The notes beneath the pieces were generated by a model. The model worked only from the letters and a program-made list of their open reading frames with translations, was not told the origin of the DNA and did no database searches. Shown piece by piece: positions 10,615-20,986 of a stretch of DNA of 64,000 bases. A program made the translations under genes and the position numbers. The first letter of the stretch is position 1. The number at the start of each line of letters is the position of its first letter. The DNA is from Phycisphaerales bacterium (GTDB lineage: Bacteria; Planctomycetota; Phycisphaerae; Phycisphaerales; UBA1924), in NCBI GenBank assembly GCA_965227775.1, contig OZ245777.1:2144001-2208000 (forward strand). Direction: 5' to 3'.

Positions 10615-11898
10615 TCAGTCCGTATCGTCCGTAATCCTGACGTCAACTGTGACGGGCATGTGGTCGCTCGCTCGCAACCGAAACGTAAGGGCAGAGTTGC
10701 TGATGCTGGGCAGGGCCAGCAAGTCGTGCCGGACGTGTCCATGGGTCATCGTGACCTCGTCGCCCTGCAGCGCGCCCGTGCCCTTGGAGACGATGAGGTA
10801 ATCGATAGTGCTCACGAGACTGCCCGGAGGATCCGCGCGGAGGCGCGTGCCTGGATACGTCGTATCGTCCGCAAGGACATCCCATGAACCGGATTCCATG
10901 GTGTCCCAGAAGTCTTCGTCCCAGGTGTCAAACCTACTTGCGTTGAGGTCGCCACCGATGACGATGTCCAGTTCGTCGGATGGGATGCAGTTGTCTTGGC
11001 CCCGTTCGAGCTCAATCCACTCAAGCACGCGTTGCATTGCCATGTCGTGGTTCTTGGCATTCCTCTGACCGCTGGCGAGATGGAGGTTCACGGCGATGAA
11101 GTCGTTCATCTCCAGGCCATCTTTGAAGCACGAGAACATGCCGACAATCGGCTGCCGGTCGAAGAGCTCCTTGCCGTTCACCCTGTCCGATGGTAGGGCT
11201 GCTTCACACCACCACTCCAGGCCAACTGTGCGGGTGTCCCACAAGAACGCCAGCCTCTGATCTCGTCCCGTGGTCCCGATCCTGTAGTCCCATGACGTCG
11301 CGCCAGACTGATTGTTGAGGATCGAGATGAGCCGCTCGAGTTCGGGCGAGTGTGCAACCCACTCGCCTTCAACTTCAATATCGTCTCCGTGAATCTCCTG
11401 CAAGAGCAACAGCTCGACCTCCATCGTGATGATTGCCTTGGCAATGAAGCCGAAGTCGTCACTCGTGCGCGCTGGAAGCGCTTCGTCGCCGATGAGTTCA
11501 GGAAACCCGCGGGACTTCCCGTCCTTGAACCACTCGATGTTCCATGTAGCTATGCGGCATACTTGCTCTGAACTACCTGTGTCGATAAGGCCTGTTGTGG
11601 TCAGGCACGGTACGACGTCACCGATGTAGCGAGTGGAAATCCAGCCTTCGAGGGCATCGAAGCGAACGCGAAGCCAGCCGGAGTCGTGCGTTTGCACCAC
11701 CGTCACGATGGAATCGACGGGCACTCGCTCGCCTTCCCAGCTGTTCACCCCCGCCTGAGTGTGGAGCGGGATGCCTAAGCCCGGACGTCGTGGAGTCAGC
11801 GTGATGCACTCGCCGATCTCTTGTGCAGCCGCTATCGAAGGCAATAGCAAAGTGGCGAGGGCGAGGACGGCAAGAGTGCGTTGCATCAGGGCCAGCAT
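10615..11898 (-). CDS. Secreted endonuclease/exonuclease/phosphatase with N-terminal SH3-like domain
   Basis: Signal peptide (AAAQ), GWLRVRF..LEGWIS, ATWNIEW, LQEI, NLHL, GGDLN, IDY, SDHMPV. Start placed at ATG 11898 after GGAG. Confidence 0.85.
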   Translation of the reverse strand: MLALMQRTLAVLALATLLLPSIAAAQEIGECITLTPRRPGLGIPLHTQAGVNSWEGERVPVDSIVTVVQTHDSGWLRVRFDALEGWISTRYIGDVVPCLTTTGLIDTGSSEQVCRIATWNIEWFKDGKSRGFPELIGDEALPARTSDDFGFIAKAIITMEVELLLLQEIHGDDIEVEGEWVAHSPELERLISILNNQSGATSWDYRIGTTGRDQRLAFLWDTRTVGLEWWCEAALPSDRVNGKELFDRQPIVGMFSCFKDGLEMNDFIAVNLHLASGQRNAKNHDMAMQRVLEWIELERGQDNCIPSDELDIVIGGDLNASRFDTWDEDFWDTMESGSWDVLADDTTYPGTRLRADPPGSLVSTIDYLIVSKGTGALQGDEVTMTHGHVRHDLLALPSISNSALTFRLRASDHMPVTVDVRITDDTD

Positions 11899-12328
11899 TG
11901 TGAAGCTCCGGTCGGTTCGTGATGGCAATAGTGGACTCGAATCCCGAGGTGTATAGGACCAACAGGGGCAGAGTGCTACACCAATGGAGCTTCTGAGATG
12001 TGAAGAATCTGTTGGGCGCGCTCCGAGAGTGATCAGTGTCTTCAAGCACATCTCAGTGGTGTGTACGGCAATTTGCCTAGCCGAGTATGTGGCGTTACGA
12101 GCACTAGAGAGTAGGGCGATGTAGAGTGTGGCCGCAAGCCATCGGGTGCACAAGCACAAGCGGCCACATACCTCCCCTAAATAGAGGGATGGAAATGCCG
12201 TTCCAATTTGTGGGAAGAACGAAGCGGACTTACGTACGGTGTTGCGTTGCAGTCCTTAGCTGATGGTGTGAGACTGTTGTGTGGTGAGGGGGACGCCATC
12301 GTCAAGTGTTTCTTTGGGGGTTGTCGTC

Positions 12329-13120
12329 ATGAAGATGAGCAAGTGTGCTTGGTTGTTGGTCCTGTGCCTGCTGGGTCTATCGGGCTGTAGTGCCGGTCCC
12401 ATTGCGGGTGTTGATGAACTGAGAGCGTTTCGCGGAAACGTCGATCAGCCGTGGCGGGTGTCGATGTGGCAGGAGCTCTTTGGCAGTAGCAATAAGATCC
12501 AGACGATCTCCGAATCGCTGCGAAGGAGCGATGTCGAGCCCATCCAGGTTGTCGTGCGGCCGGCGGTTGTCGAGGACATTGTTGCGACTAACACATCAAC
12601 CTACGACGCGGCGCTGATCGCAGACGAGCTCACAAAGCAAGTCAAGGCATCGGCGTCGCGGTGGGGGCGATTCGTGACGGTCGAGCAAGAATCAGATGCC
12701 ATGCTGGCAATAGACGTGCGGATGTCGATGTTGGCGCTGGAAGGCGACACGTTTAGCAGCGAGGAAGAGATACAAGACACCTATAAGGGTACCTTCTGGG
12801 AAGAGCTCTCACTCGCTCGCGCGACAGAGATGGCTCGAGACATCATGAAGACCCAGATCACGCTGAGCTACACAGATCTATCAGCGCAACCTGCTCGCGG
12901 GGTCCACTCGTCTCAAATCACCGCTTTCTACGCGAAACGCCATGGTCAACTCCTCGTTGCCGGTGCGGTTGACGACAAGACGGGGAGGAAGCGAGAAGAG
13001 TTCGACGGGGGTATCGTGCAACCCGAGCACCTTCCACTGTTGCTCGGCCAAGCCGTTGACGCGGCCTTCGTCGATTCGTTTAAGACGCTCGACAAGCGAC
13101 TGTGGCCCGATGGTGGTTGA
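12329..13120 (+). CDS. Hypothetical lipoprotein
   Basis: MKMSKCAWLLVLCLLGLSGC lipobox. Confidence 0.7.
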   Translation: MKMSKCAWLLVLCLLGLSGCSAGPIAGVDELRAFRGNVDQPWRVSMWQELFGSSNKIQTISESLRRSDVEPIQVVVRPAVVEDIVATNTSTYDAALIADELTKQVKASASRWGRFVTVEQESDAMLAIDVRMSMLALEGDTFSSEEEIQDTYKGTFWEELSLARATEMARDIMKTQITLSYTDLSAQPARGVHSSQITAFYAKRHGQLLVAGAVDDKTGRKREEFDGGIVQPEHLPLLLGQAVDAAFVDSFKTLDKRLWPDGG

Positions 13121-13340
13121 TGCTGGTCTTCGGGACTTGAGGCGCGCCATTGCCGAACCTCCTACTGATTCAAGAACAAGGCGAAGCAATGCCTCTGTTG
13201 GAAGACCTCTCGCTGTGTCCCAGCCGATCCATGATCTCTCCACCCCCGATTGGGATTAGGACGCCAACGGAGAGGTGGCGCTTGGCCATGTCTGATCCTC
13301 CTGAATGCAGGCTGATCCGAAGATACGGGCCGGTATGGGT

Positions 13341-13943
13341 TCAGGGGCGGAGGTCGTACGGGCCCAGCAGCAACATCTGTTGCCGAGCCCAATTCCTCCA
13401 TTGAGGCGATTCGCCTTCCAACGCGAGCGTACTCAGACGCCCCACGGTCTCATCCGTGTTGCGACCGGCTCGGATCTCGAGCCGCGTAAGGGCCTGCACG
13501 GTCGGCCTGTGGCCGGGATGCACCTCGAGCGCCCGCCGATACTGAGCGATCGCTTCGTCGATCCGTCCGGCTTTCTCGAGCGTCAGCGCGAGATTCATAC
13601 GCGGGTCCGGGTGGCCGGGCATCAGGCGGCGGGCCCACTGGAACTCGTTCGCCGCCTCGTAGAGCTCCCCGCGTCCAAGCAGGAGGACCCCGAGGTTGTT
13701 GTGCGAGGGGCCGTGGTAAAGATCGGCGGCGAGGGCATCTCGAAACAACGCCTCGGCTCGGGTTGGATCCTCAAGCATGAGCTCGACGGCCTCGCTTGCA
13801 AGGCGCTGCGCCCGCTCGGTGTCTCGTCGGATGGGCGGTTGCTCGACGTACGGGCTCGGAGATGACGAATTGCAGCCCCCCAGCAAGCCCACCAAGAGGA
13901 TGGGTACCACCAACACTGCTCGCCACGATCGAAAGACCTTCAT
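13341..13943 (-). CDS. TPR lipoprotein, pilotin-like (PilF/PilW-type), last gene of the T2SS operon
   Basis: Lipobox LLGGC; TPR motifs SHNNLGVLL and PRMNLALTLEKAGRIDEAIAQYRRAL; overlaps the upstream stop. Confidence 0.75.
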   Translation of the reverse strand: MKVFRSWRAVLVVPILLVGLLGGCNSSSPSPYVEQPPIRRDTERAQRLASEAVELMLEDPTRAEALFRDALAADLYHGPSHNNLGVLLLGRGELYEAANEFQWARRLMPGHPDPRMNLALTLEKAGRIDEAIAQYRRALEVHPGHRPTVQALTRLEIRAGRNTDETVGRLSTLALEGESPQWRNWARQQMLLLGPYDLRP

Positions 13944-14464
13944 CGCTGTTCCTCCTCCCCTGGTTGATACGTCCTCACCATCAACACGGCCACGTCATAC
14001 GAATTGCCTTTTCCCTGCCGGGGCCGCGTCAGCTCGAGACTCGTGACGATCCAGTGCGGTCGATCTTCGTAGAGTCTGATCAGGAACACGCCAAGCGATG
14101 CTGGCGACACATCGACTAATCGCAGCCGCAGCGTCTGGCGCCGCAGCCTCGAGTCAGGTATTGAGGTGTCGCTCTGCTCTTCAAGGGATGACATGGATCG
14201 TTCGGAGAGGCCGGCAGCAGTGAACGTCTCGGCGATCTCGGATAGGGCATCGGCGCGCTGGCCCGTGGTCGACACTTGGTCTCGGGCCAGCTTGGCACGG
14301 AGCGAAGCAAGCTCGACGACCTGTGCAGATGCTCGCTCGAGCGACCGAGTCGCGCTGTCGCGTGTGGACACGGCGCCGCGCCACTGGATGGTCGTGAAGA
14401 CAGCCGCAACTACCGCTCCAACGAGGATCGCAACGAGACCAAAGTTGCCGAACCGGGCGATCAC
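13940..14464 (-). CDS. Putative GspM/PilO-like assembly platform protein
   Basis: N-terminal TM, coiled coil, ferredoxin-like C-terminus, operon position. Confidence 0.55.
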   Translation of the reverse strand: MIARFGNFGLVAILVGAVVAAVFTTIQWRGAVSTRDSATRSLERASAQVVELASLRAKLARDQVSTTGQRADALSEIAETFTAAGLSERSMSSLEEQSDTSIPDSRLRRQTLRLRLVDVSPASLGVFLIRLYEDRPHWIVTSLELTRPRQGKGNSYDVAVLMVRTYQPGEEEQR

Positions 14465-15339
14465 TTTGAAAGTCCCCCGCCGTGTTCGAGTCCGAGTTCC
14501 AGTCGTGTGATCTGGCCGTCTTGCCGGTTCTGTATATCGATACGCGGGAGTGCGGCGCTAAAGCCGTCCAGATGTGTCAGCGAGGTTGCGAATTCCAGTG
14601 CTCGGCGTCGGCTGGCCAAGACCGCGCCGACGGTCACGGCCCGCCCATTGACGTCGAGGCGTTCGACCTGGACCTCGTACTCGCTCGGCCATTGCGATAG
14701 CAGTGAGGACAATGCCTGGCGGCTATCGATTGCGACGTTGAGGTCCGTGTAGCTGTTCATCGCTTCGAGCCGGCGAATCTCGGCCGCGAGTGCGAGGTCC
14801 GGCGCGAGCCCCCTTGGAATCGATGGGATGGCATCCGCGATGAGGCGTTCTGTCTGGGCGTCGATCGCAGCAGCGTCTTCGCGGGCTGTTCCAGCGCGCC
14901 AGTGCGCCCCAATCGAGTACATGAGCAGGCTCATGGCAAGTACCAGGACCACGATCACTTGACGGAGGGCACGCTGGCGTCGCACGTTCGCCGGCGCGAA
15001 CGGTCCTTGGAGGAACTCGAAACGGTCCGGCTGCAGATCGCTGGTTTCGGAAGTGATGGAGTCAGGCAAGGAAGCGGGCCTGGCGCTTGTCCTTCGATCG
15101 TTCAGCCAGTCGTTGGCGAGTTCGCGATCGACCGCGAGCACGAAGAGTCGACGCCGAGTCGATCTCCAGGCGATCGCAAGGTCGCCCAGCGACCGCGGCA
15201 TCAGGCCTTCTGCGGCGAAGCCCACGGTCTTGCGACCGAGTCGCCCGGGTGGCCGAGCGACGACCGCGCTATAGACGCATGCCTCCGGCACCCTGGTCGT
15301 TCGTGCCGATGCGGTCTCGTGTGACCGAGCCATCTTCAT
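14461..15339 (-). CDS. Putative GspL/PilN-like protein
   Basis: Cytoplasmic domain, single TM, periplasmic coil and beta domain, operon position. Confidence 0.55.
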   Translation of the reverse strand: MKMARSHETASARTTRVPEACVYSAVVARPPGRLGRKTVGFAAEGLMPRSLGDLAIAWRSTRRRLFVLAVDRELANDWLNDRRTSARPASLPDSITSETSDLQPDRFEFLQGPFAPANVRRQRALRQVIVVLVLAMSLLMYSIGAHWRAGTAREDAAAIDAQTERLIADAIPSIPRGLAPDLALAAEIRRLEAMNSYTDLNVAIDSRQALSSLLSQWPSEYEVQVERLDVNGRAVTVGAVLASRRRALEFATSLTHLDGFSAALPRIDIQNRQDGQITRLELGLEHGGGLSK

Positions 15340-15821
15340 CGGCCTTCCTCGAAGAGCGCAAGTTGTTGTTCTCGTCCGTGGAGCTCGAGCACGACGGCTT
15401 GATCGGTGATCCTCTGGACCAAGACGTCGCCGATCCGAGACTCGGGATCGACGAAGACGATCTGCTGTTCGCTGGAGTCGTACAACGCCGCCGATAGCCT
15501 GTCGCCTTGCCGGATGATCGCAACGAGGGTCAGCGCGATGACGGCGCGCTCCGGTGGCTGTTTCTCTTCCGGAGTGTCTTCGACTCTTGCGGGCGCTTCG
15601 GGCTGGGCGAGGGATCGCTCGAACCAGAGGTCTCGGTCGAACGCGCTTGCTTCCAGTGCGATCCGCGTGGCGGGGCCCGCATCATCCACAGCTGACGCGT
15701 ACATTGATGGCTCGACCGACGGGCTTGGCCGGCTGGCCCACCACATGGTCGCGGCGCATGTGGCCAGCCCGACCGCGCCGACGGACACCGTCAGCACCCG
15801 TTCGTGCGTTAGCCGATTCAT
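15336..15821 (-). CDS. Putative GspC/PilP-like protein
   Basis: TM, Pro-rich linker, HR-like LTLVAII...AAL...RIGDVLVQRITDQAVVL; ATGA overlap with gspK. Confidence 0.6.
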   Translation of the reverse strand: MNRLTHERVLTVSVGAVGLATCAATMWWASRPSPSVEPSMYASAVDDAGPATRIALEASAFDRDLWFERSLAQPEAPARVEDTPEEKQPPERAVIALTLVAIIRQGDRLSAALYDSSEQQIVFVDPESRIGDVLVQRITDQAVVLELHGREQQLALFEEGR

Positions 15822-16684
15822 GGCGCGTGCTCCGGATGGGGTTCCCACTGGATCGGCGTGCGTCGCTGGAGCAGCCAGTCGCCGCTCACACGCGTCCAGA
15901 CCATCCACCACGAGCGACGAACCGAACCAACACGAATGTCGATGCGGATACCCCAACTGCCGCTGGACCCTACCAGTACCACCCGTGGCGATCCGCTCAG
16001 CTCGCGATCCGGTAGCGGTGGTGGACCGCCCGGCTCGCCGCGCGCACGGCGTTCCATGATCTCGTCGAAGCCACCACGCCCCGCCAGGCGCATCGCGTTC
16101 TCAAGGAGCGTCGCGGGAGTCGTGTTGACATTGAGCCGCACGACCGGTTGTGTAGATAGCCGTGCTGACGTACTCACGCATGCGCCGATCGCGGGGGCAT
16201 CGGAGCCTAACGAGGGAAAGACGAGGCGGCCGCCATCTTTCGAGTGGATGTTGTCGAGTCCTGCAGGATCAGCGGTCAACTCATCCAGGCGTCGCCGGAC
16301 GTCTTCGGGCAGCGAGAGCCGCAGGGGTGTTCCAGCGCGAACCGCATCCGCTGGCAGCATGCCCTGGAGATCCCACGCGGTGGCGACCAACTCGATGGAG
16401 CGGCCGTTGAGTTCGAAGTGATCCGAGAGCACGGGTACGACCGGCTCCATGGATTGCGTAGACAGGACGACGCCATTGGCGTCCCGTCGGAGCCAGTCTC
16501 GAATCGGCGCCGAGCACGCTACGAGCAGATCGTCGGCGATCGCGGCGTCGTCGAATGACCGGATGCGCTGCACGGAGGCGGTTGAACGCGACACCGCGAG
16601 GACGATGATTGGCACGGCTCCGGCGACCAACGCCAGAACCAGCAAGAGCACCACCGCTCGCCGATCATGAATGCCAGGCCTCAT
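15818..16684 (-). CDS. gspK: GspK-like minor pseudopilin
   Basis: RRAVVLLLVL N-terminus, DLQG, RLNVNTT motif. Confidence 0.7.
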   Translation of the reverse strand: MRPGIHDRRAVVLLLVLALVAGAVPIIVLAVSRSTASVQRIRSFDDAAIADDLLVACSAPIRDWLRRDANGVVLSTQSMEPVVPVLSDHFELNGRSIELVATAWDLQGMLPADAVRAGTPLRLSLPEDVRRRLDELTADPAGLDNIHSKDGGRLVFPSLGSDAPAIGACVSTSARLSTQPVVRLNVNTTPATLLENAMRLAGRGGFDEIMERRARGEPGGPPPLPDRELSGSPRVVLVGSSGSWGIRIDIRVGSVRRSWWMVWTRVSGDWLLQRRTPIQWEPHPEHAP

Positions 16685-17079
16685 GGGACACGAAACTCCC
16701 GCTCGATCATCGCACCACGATCACCCACGCGAACAAGCAGACGGCGATCGGTATCACGCAACTCGGCTTCGAATGTGTCAACGAGCAGTGAACCCGCGTC
16801 GTAACGGATCGTGACAGTGCGTCCCTCGGTTCGGGTGATCAATTTGAGCCACCCCGGTCCGACCTCGACGCGGCGGCGCGGCATCGACTCGTGCTCGATG
16901 AGCATGTCACAGGCGATCTGGTCGAGAATTGAGGCGGACTTCGATCGTGCTTCGAGTTCGGCGGCGACCGAGGGTGCATCGGACAGCAGTGGCACCAGAA
17001 CCGCAGTCGCCCCGGTCGCGGCGAGGGCCGTAAGCGCGAGTGCGAGGAGCACTTCCAGCAGCGTGAACGCGCGCCTCAT
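16681..17079 (-). CDS. Minor pseudopilin (GspJ-like)
   Basis: Prepilin motif MRRAFTLLEVLLAL. Confidence 0.75.
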   Translation of the reverse strand: MRRAFTLLEVLLALALTALAATGATAVLVPLLSDAPSVAAELEARSKSASILDQIACDMLIEHESMPRRRVEVGPGWLKLITRTEGRTVTIRYDAGSLLVDTFEAELRDTDRRLLVRVGDRGAMIEREFRVP

Positions 17080-17426
17080 GGGCTCTCCCGGGGCATGGCA
17101 ACCCATCTCGCGGTGGACTGGACTCCATCGCTGAATTCGAGCCACGCGCCACGACCGCTTCGAGCCTGGAGCGAAACCTGGATGGGCCTGTCGCCCAGGT
17201 CGAACTCGCCCAAGCCGATCTTGGCGATCTCCCCGAGATTGAGTTCGTACCGGGAGGGATCACGGAGCACGTCGTCGATGCTGGATGCGAAGCCAGGTGT
17301 GAAGTGCGAGCTCGTATCTGAGGGCGTCGGGATTGCAGACATAACCGATGCGATCGCAACGGTCGCCAACGCGAGCAGCGCGGTTGCGAGCACGACTTCG
17401 AGCAGTGTCAGGCCGGAGCGGGTCAC
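17076..17426 (-). CDS. Minor pseudopilin (GspI-like)
   Basis: Prepilin motif RSGLTLLEVVLA. Confidence 0.75.
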   Translation of the reverse strand: MTRSGLTLLEVVLATALLALATVAIASVMSAIPTPSDTSSHFTPGFASSIDDVLRDPSRYELNLGEIAKIGLGEFDLGDRPIQVSLQARSGRGAWLEFSDGVQSTARWVAMPRESP

Positions 17427-17806
17427 GGAACGATCTCCACGCGTCGGGCTCCGTGCACGAGTCTGATGGAGCGTGCTTCGCTCCTGCCGTGACGATCGAT
17501 ACGAACGCTCTCGATCAAGGCCGTACTGTGGACATCCTCGGGCCAGTCGCGCTCCACGACGAGGTCGCCCCTCCCGTCGCGGACCACCAGCGTTCCTCGC
17601 TCCAATTGGATCGTGGCCGGCCCATCGCTCATTGCGACCAGCCGGGCCACACCATGGACCTCGAGGAGCGTCTGCTCAGCCCTGGGAATTGGATCACCCG
17701 CACCGGCGAGCAGAGCAGCACCCATCGCCATCGCGAGGGCGACGAGCGCGCACGTGGCCAGCGTCTCGACGAGCGAAGACCCCCGATGGGCGCGCGGATC
17801 CTTCAC
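17423..17806 (-). CDS. Minor pseudopilin (GspH-like)
   Basis: Degenerate prepilin motif RGSSLVETL followed by a hydrophobic helix. Confidence 0.65.
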   Translation of the reverse strand: MKDPRAHRGSSLVETLATCALVALAMAMGAALLAGAGDPIPRAEQTLLEVHGVARLVAMSDGPATIQLERGTLVVRDGRGDLVVERDWPEDVHSTALIESVRIDRHGRSEARSIRLVHGARRVEIVP

Positions 17807-18228
17807 TCCCTGGTCTCCCGCAGCGCTACCGAGCTCAGATCCGCGTTTTCGCCGGCGCCACCGACCCGGCCGTCACCGCCGAGGCTGATGATTTCGAACG
17901 GCTGGCCTTGCGGGCCCGGCACGACGAGCTGCATCATGGAGCCCCAGGGGTCCCGGGCGGCATCCGCGGGCAGGTGGTAGCTGGCCGAGGGCGGCGCATC
18001 GACGAGGTCCTGGAGGCTCTCGGGCCAATTCCCCTCGGAGACGTGGTACATCTCGACCTTGGCCTTGGCGCCCGCGATCGCCGTTCGCGCAAGCTCGCGC
18101 TTGCCCTGACCGAACGCGGCGGTCAGGCCCACCGTCAGCGTGGCGGCCAAGATGCCCAGGAGCACGACGACGGCCAGCACCTCGACGAGCGTCATGCCGC
18201 GCTGGTGAAGGTTCAAATGGCGACGCAT
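17803..18228 (-). CDS. gspG: Major pseudopilin GspG
   Basis: QRGMTLVEVLAVVVLLGILA, DPWG, ISLGGDGRVGGAGENADL; ATG overlaps the gspF stop. Confidence 0.92.
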   Translation of the reverse strand: MRRHLNLHQRGMTLVEVLAVVVLLGILAATLTVGLTAAFGQGKRELARTAIAGAKAKVEMYHVSEGNWPESLQDLVDAPPSASYHLPADAARDPWGSMMQLVVPGPQGQPFEIISLGGDGRVGGAGENADLSSVALRETRE

Positions 18229-19463
18229 CACAGCACCTCTCTTAGCTTTAGGAGCGGGAGCACGGCGGATAAGACAACCACACCGATCATCGATGCCAAC
18301 AGGATGATGGCCATTGGTTCGATGAGACCCGCAAGCCGGTCCGTGAGGCGGGTCGCCCTTCGTTCGAGCCGATCTGCCAGCCGTTCGAGCAGATCGGGCA
18401 ACTCGCCGGCAGACTCGCCCGCATCGATCAGGCGTCGCATGTCGTCGGCGAACCAGTGCGGGTCGTCCAGGGCGTTTGAGAGTCGCTCCCCGGCCTCGAC
18501 GCGCGTGGCGGCAAGCTCGAGTTGACGCCGGAGGCTCATGGCAACGGGGCCGTTGAACGTCCTCGCGGATGCTCGCAGCGCGTCGGTCAGCGGAACACCG
18601 CGCCGCGTCATCGACTGCAGCTCGCTCGCCAGCCTTGCTAGGGCCATTCCTCGCAGGGCTTGTGGGACGAGTCTGCGCAGCGGGTCCGGCCAGCCTCGAC
18701 CCTGAGTTGAGATCGCAAGCACGGCCCAAGCGCCGAACACCAAGACCATGACCGCGCCGGCCAGCATTATGGCCCACCCGCGTGCGATTGACTCGCCAGT
18801 CGAGATGACGGCCGATGTGAGGGCTGGAGGTTGGACGCCAGCCTGCTCGAGGATGTCTACCAGCCTGGGTAGCGGCCCGAGCGCAAGAAAGACGACGACC
18901 GCCACCCCGGCCACAGAGACGATTGCTGGGTACGCGAGGGCGGATGCCAGCTTGCCGGCCAGCTCGCCAGCCCGCGCGTAGCGATCCGACAGCGAACGGA
19001 GCGCATGGGCGAGCTCGCCACGGGCCTGCCCCGTCCGAACAACCGCGACCTCGGCGGCGTCGAACCAGCCATCGTGCTGCTCAAAGGCGTCCGCGAGCGG
19101 CTCGCCTGAACGAACCGCATCTTCCAGCCGTAGCAGCAGCCTCCGAAGTGCCGTACGCCGCCCACGGGCCCCGGCGAGCGTCTGCAATCCGTCGCTCAAT
19201 GGCACGCCGGACGCTAAGAGCGTCGCCAACGTATCGAGCACCTCGGCCTTGGCGTCACGGCGCCTGCCCCGGAGCACTCCGTTGATTGTACTGGTGACCG
19301 AAGCGGGCAGGACCGTGCTCTGGTCCACGACGGGCCGAACGTCCAGCACGGTGAGTCCGATCCGTCGGAGTGACGCGCGTGCCGAGACGTCCGTATCGGC
19401 CTTGAGCTCCCCACGTCGTGGGAGTCCGGCGGGTGTGACCGCCTTGTATCTCCACAAGGTCAT
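18228..19463 (-). CDS. gspF: T2SS inner membrane protein GspF
   Basis: LATLLASGVPL, ALAYP, GESAGEL, LIEP. Confidence 0.92.
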   Translation of the reverse strand: MTLWRYKAVTPAGLPRRGELKADTDVSARASLRRIGLTVLDVRPVVDQSTVLPASVTSTINGVLRGRRRDAKAEVLDTLATLLASGVPLSDGLQTLAGARGRRTALRRLLLRLEDAVRSGEPLADAFEQHDGWFDAAEVAVVRTGQARGELAHALRSLSDRYARAGELAGKLASALAYPAIVSVAGVAVVVFLALGPLPRLVDILEQAGVQPPALTSAVISTGESIARGWAIMLAGAVMVLVFGAWAVLAISTQGRGWPDPLRRLVPQALRGMALARLASELQSMTRRGVPLTDALRASARTFNGPVAMSLRRQLELAATRVEAGERLSNALDDPHWFADDMRRLIDAGESAGELPDLLERLADRLERRATRLTDRLAGLIEPMAIILLASMIGVVVLSAVLPLLKLREVL

Positions 19464-20986
19464 GACGCGATCCCTGTGGCGTTGAAGCCATCGTCTCCGA
19501 CCGAGGCAACGCGCGCGACCTCGAGCGGGGTGGTGACGCCCGATTCGACGAATCGCCGGCCCTCGTCCTGCAGGGTGCGCATGCCCGCCTCTCGTGCGGC
19601 CTTGCGAAGCGCGCTCGCCGTGATGCCCGCCGCGATGCGCTCGCGGATCGGCTCAGAGACGACCAGGAGCTCAAAGAGCCCGATGCGTCCTAGAAGGCCG
19701 CTGCCGTAGCAAGACTCGCACCCCTTGCCATCGCACGCTTGGTGGACGCGCCGCACCAGCCGCTGCGCCAGCGCCGCCGAGAGCGAGGCCGACACGAGGT
19801 ACGGTTCGACGCCGAGGTCTACAAGGCGTGTCACTGCGGTTGCCGAGTCTGAGGTGTGCAGCGTCGAGAGAACAAGGTGGCCGGTCAGGCTCGCTTGGAT
19901 GGCAACCTGTGCCGTTTCCAGGTCTCGAATCTCGCCGACCATGACAACATCAGGGTCCTGCCGGAGGATGTGCCGCAGGCCGCTGGCAAACGTGACGCCC
20001 TTCTTGGTGTTGATCTGCGCCTGGCTGATGGCCACGTGCGGTCCCGAGAGGTCGTACTCGATCGGGTCTTCGATGGTCATGACGTTGAGGTCGCGTGCAG
20101 AACGTTTTGCGGTCCAGCTCAGCGTGCCGTACAACGTTGTCGTCTTGCCGCTACCTGTCGGCCCGGTCGAGAGCACGATCCCGCTGGAGCGGGAGCACAC
20201 CGCCAGCCAGCGCTCCTCGACCTCGGGCGGCATGCCGAGCCCTGAGAAATTGTCCAGATCGAGTGCGCCGTCTGGTTCGAGCAGACGCACGACGAGCCGC
20301 TCCCCGAACGCCGTCGGCAGCGAGCTGAGGCGGAGGTCAATGGTGCGCGCAGACTCTCCGACGCCGATGGTGACCGTTGCTCGCCCGTCCTGGGGGACGC
20401 GTCGCTCTGCGACATCCATGCGTCCGACGACCTTGAGCCTGCTTGCCACGGGCCCGCCCAGTTCGCCCGGGAGCGACTTGACGTCGCGGAGCGCCCCATC
20501 GATCCGCATCCGCACGAGAACGCGGTCCTCAAGGGGCTGCACGTGCACGTCGCTGGCACCATGCGTTGCTGCATGGAACAGCATCCAGTCGACCAATCGG
20601 ACGACCGGCGCCTTACCGGACGTCGACAAGAGATCACGGTCCGCTTCGGCGAGTGCCCGCTCGAGCTCGGCCTCGGGCCCCTCGATCACGATGGCGTCGC
20701 CGAGGTCGTCTTCGGTCGAAGTCGACTGGGCGGCGCCAGCGTACGCGGAATCGATCGCCTCCGCGATGGCACCAGCATCGCCGGGCTTGGGATGCGCACG
20801 CTCGCGCATGCGAACGCACACGTTGTGCAGCACGCACGCGGGTGTGGCTGGCGCATGGCGCAGCACGAGCGTGAACCCATCCTCGGCCTCTGCTTGGCGT
20901 TCGCCTAGCACGAGGTGCTCGCGCGCGTAGTCCCGTGGGATGAGGTCCAGGAATCGCTCGCAGACCGATGGCGCGGGAACCGTCAT
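19460..20986 (-). CDS. gspE: T2SS ATPase GspE
   Basis: ASDVH, PQDGR, Walker A GPTGSGKT, TIEDPIEY, LRQDPDVVMVGEIRD, TGHLVLSTLH. Confidence 0.95.
   Translation of the reverse strand: MTVPAPSVCERFLDLIPRDYAREHLVLGERQAEAEDGFTLVLRHAPATPACVLHNVCVRMRERAHPKPGDAGAIAEAIDSAYAGAAQSTSTEDDLGDAIVIEGPEAELERALAEADRDLLSTSGKAPVVRLVDWMLFHAATHGASDVHVQPLEDRVLVRMRIDGALRDVKSLPGELGGPVASRLKVVGRMDVAERRVPQDGRATVTIGVGESARTIDLRLSSLPTAFGERLVVRLLEPDGALDLDNFSGLGMPPEVEERWLAVCSRSSGIVLSTGPTGSGKTTTLYGTLSWTAKRSARDLNVMTIEDPIEYDLSGPHVAISQAQINTKKGVTFASGLRHILRQDPDVVMVGEIRDLETAQVAIQASLTGHLVLSTLHTSDSATAVTRLVDLGVEPYLVSASLSAALAQRLVRRVHQACDGKGCESCYGSGLLGRIGLFELLVVSEPIRERIAAGITASALRKAAREAGMRTLQDEGRRFVESGVTTPLEVARVASVGDDGFNATGIAS

Noticed and set aside
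17803..18777. 324-aa ORF as one protein
   Set aside because: The upstream part overlaps gspF out of frame; the real GspG starts at 18228
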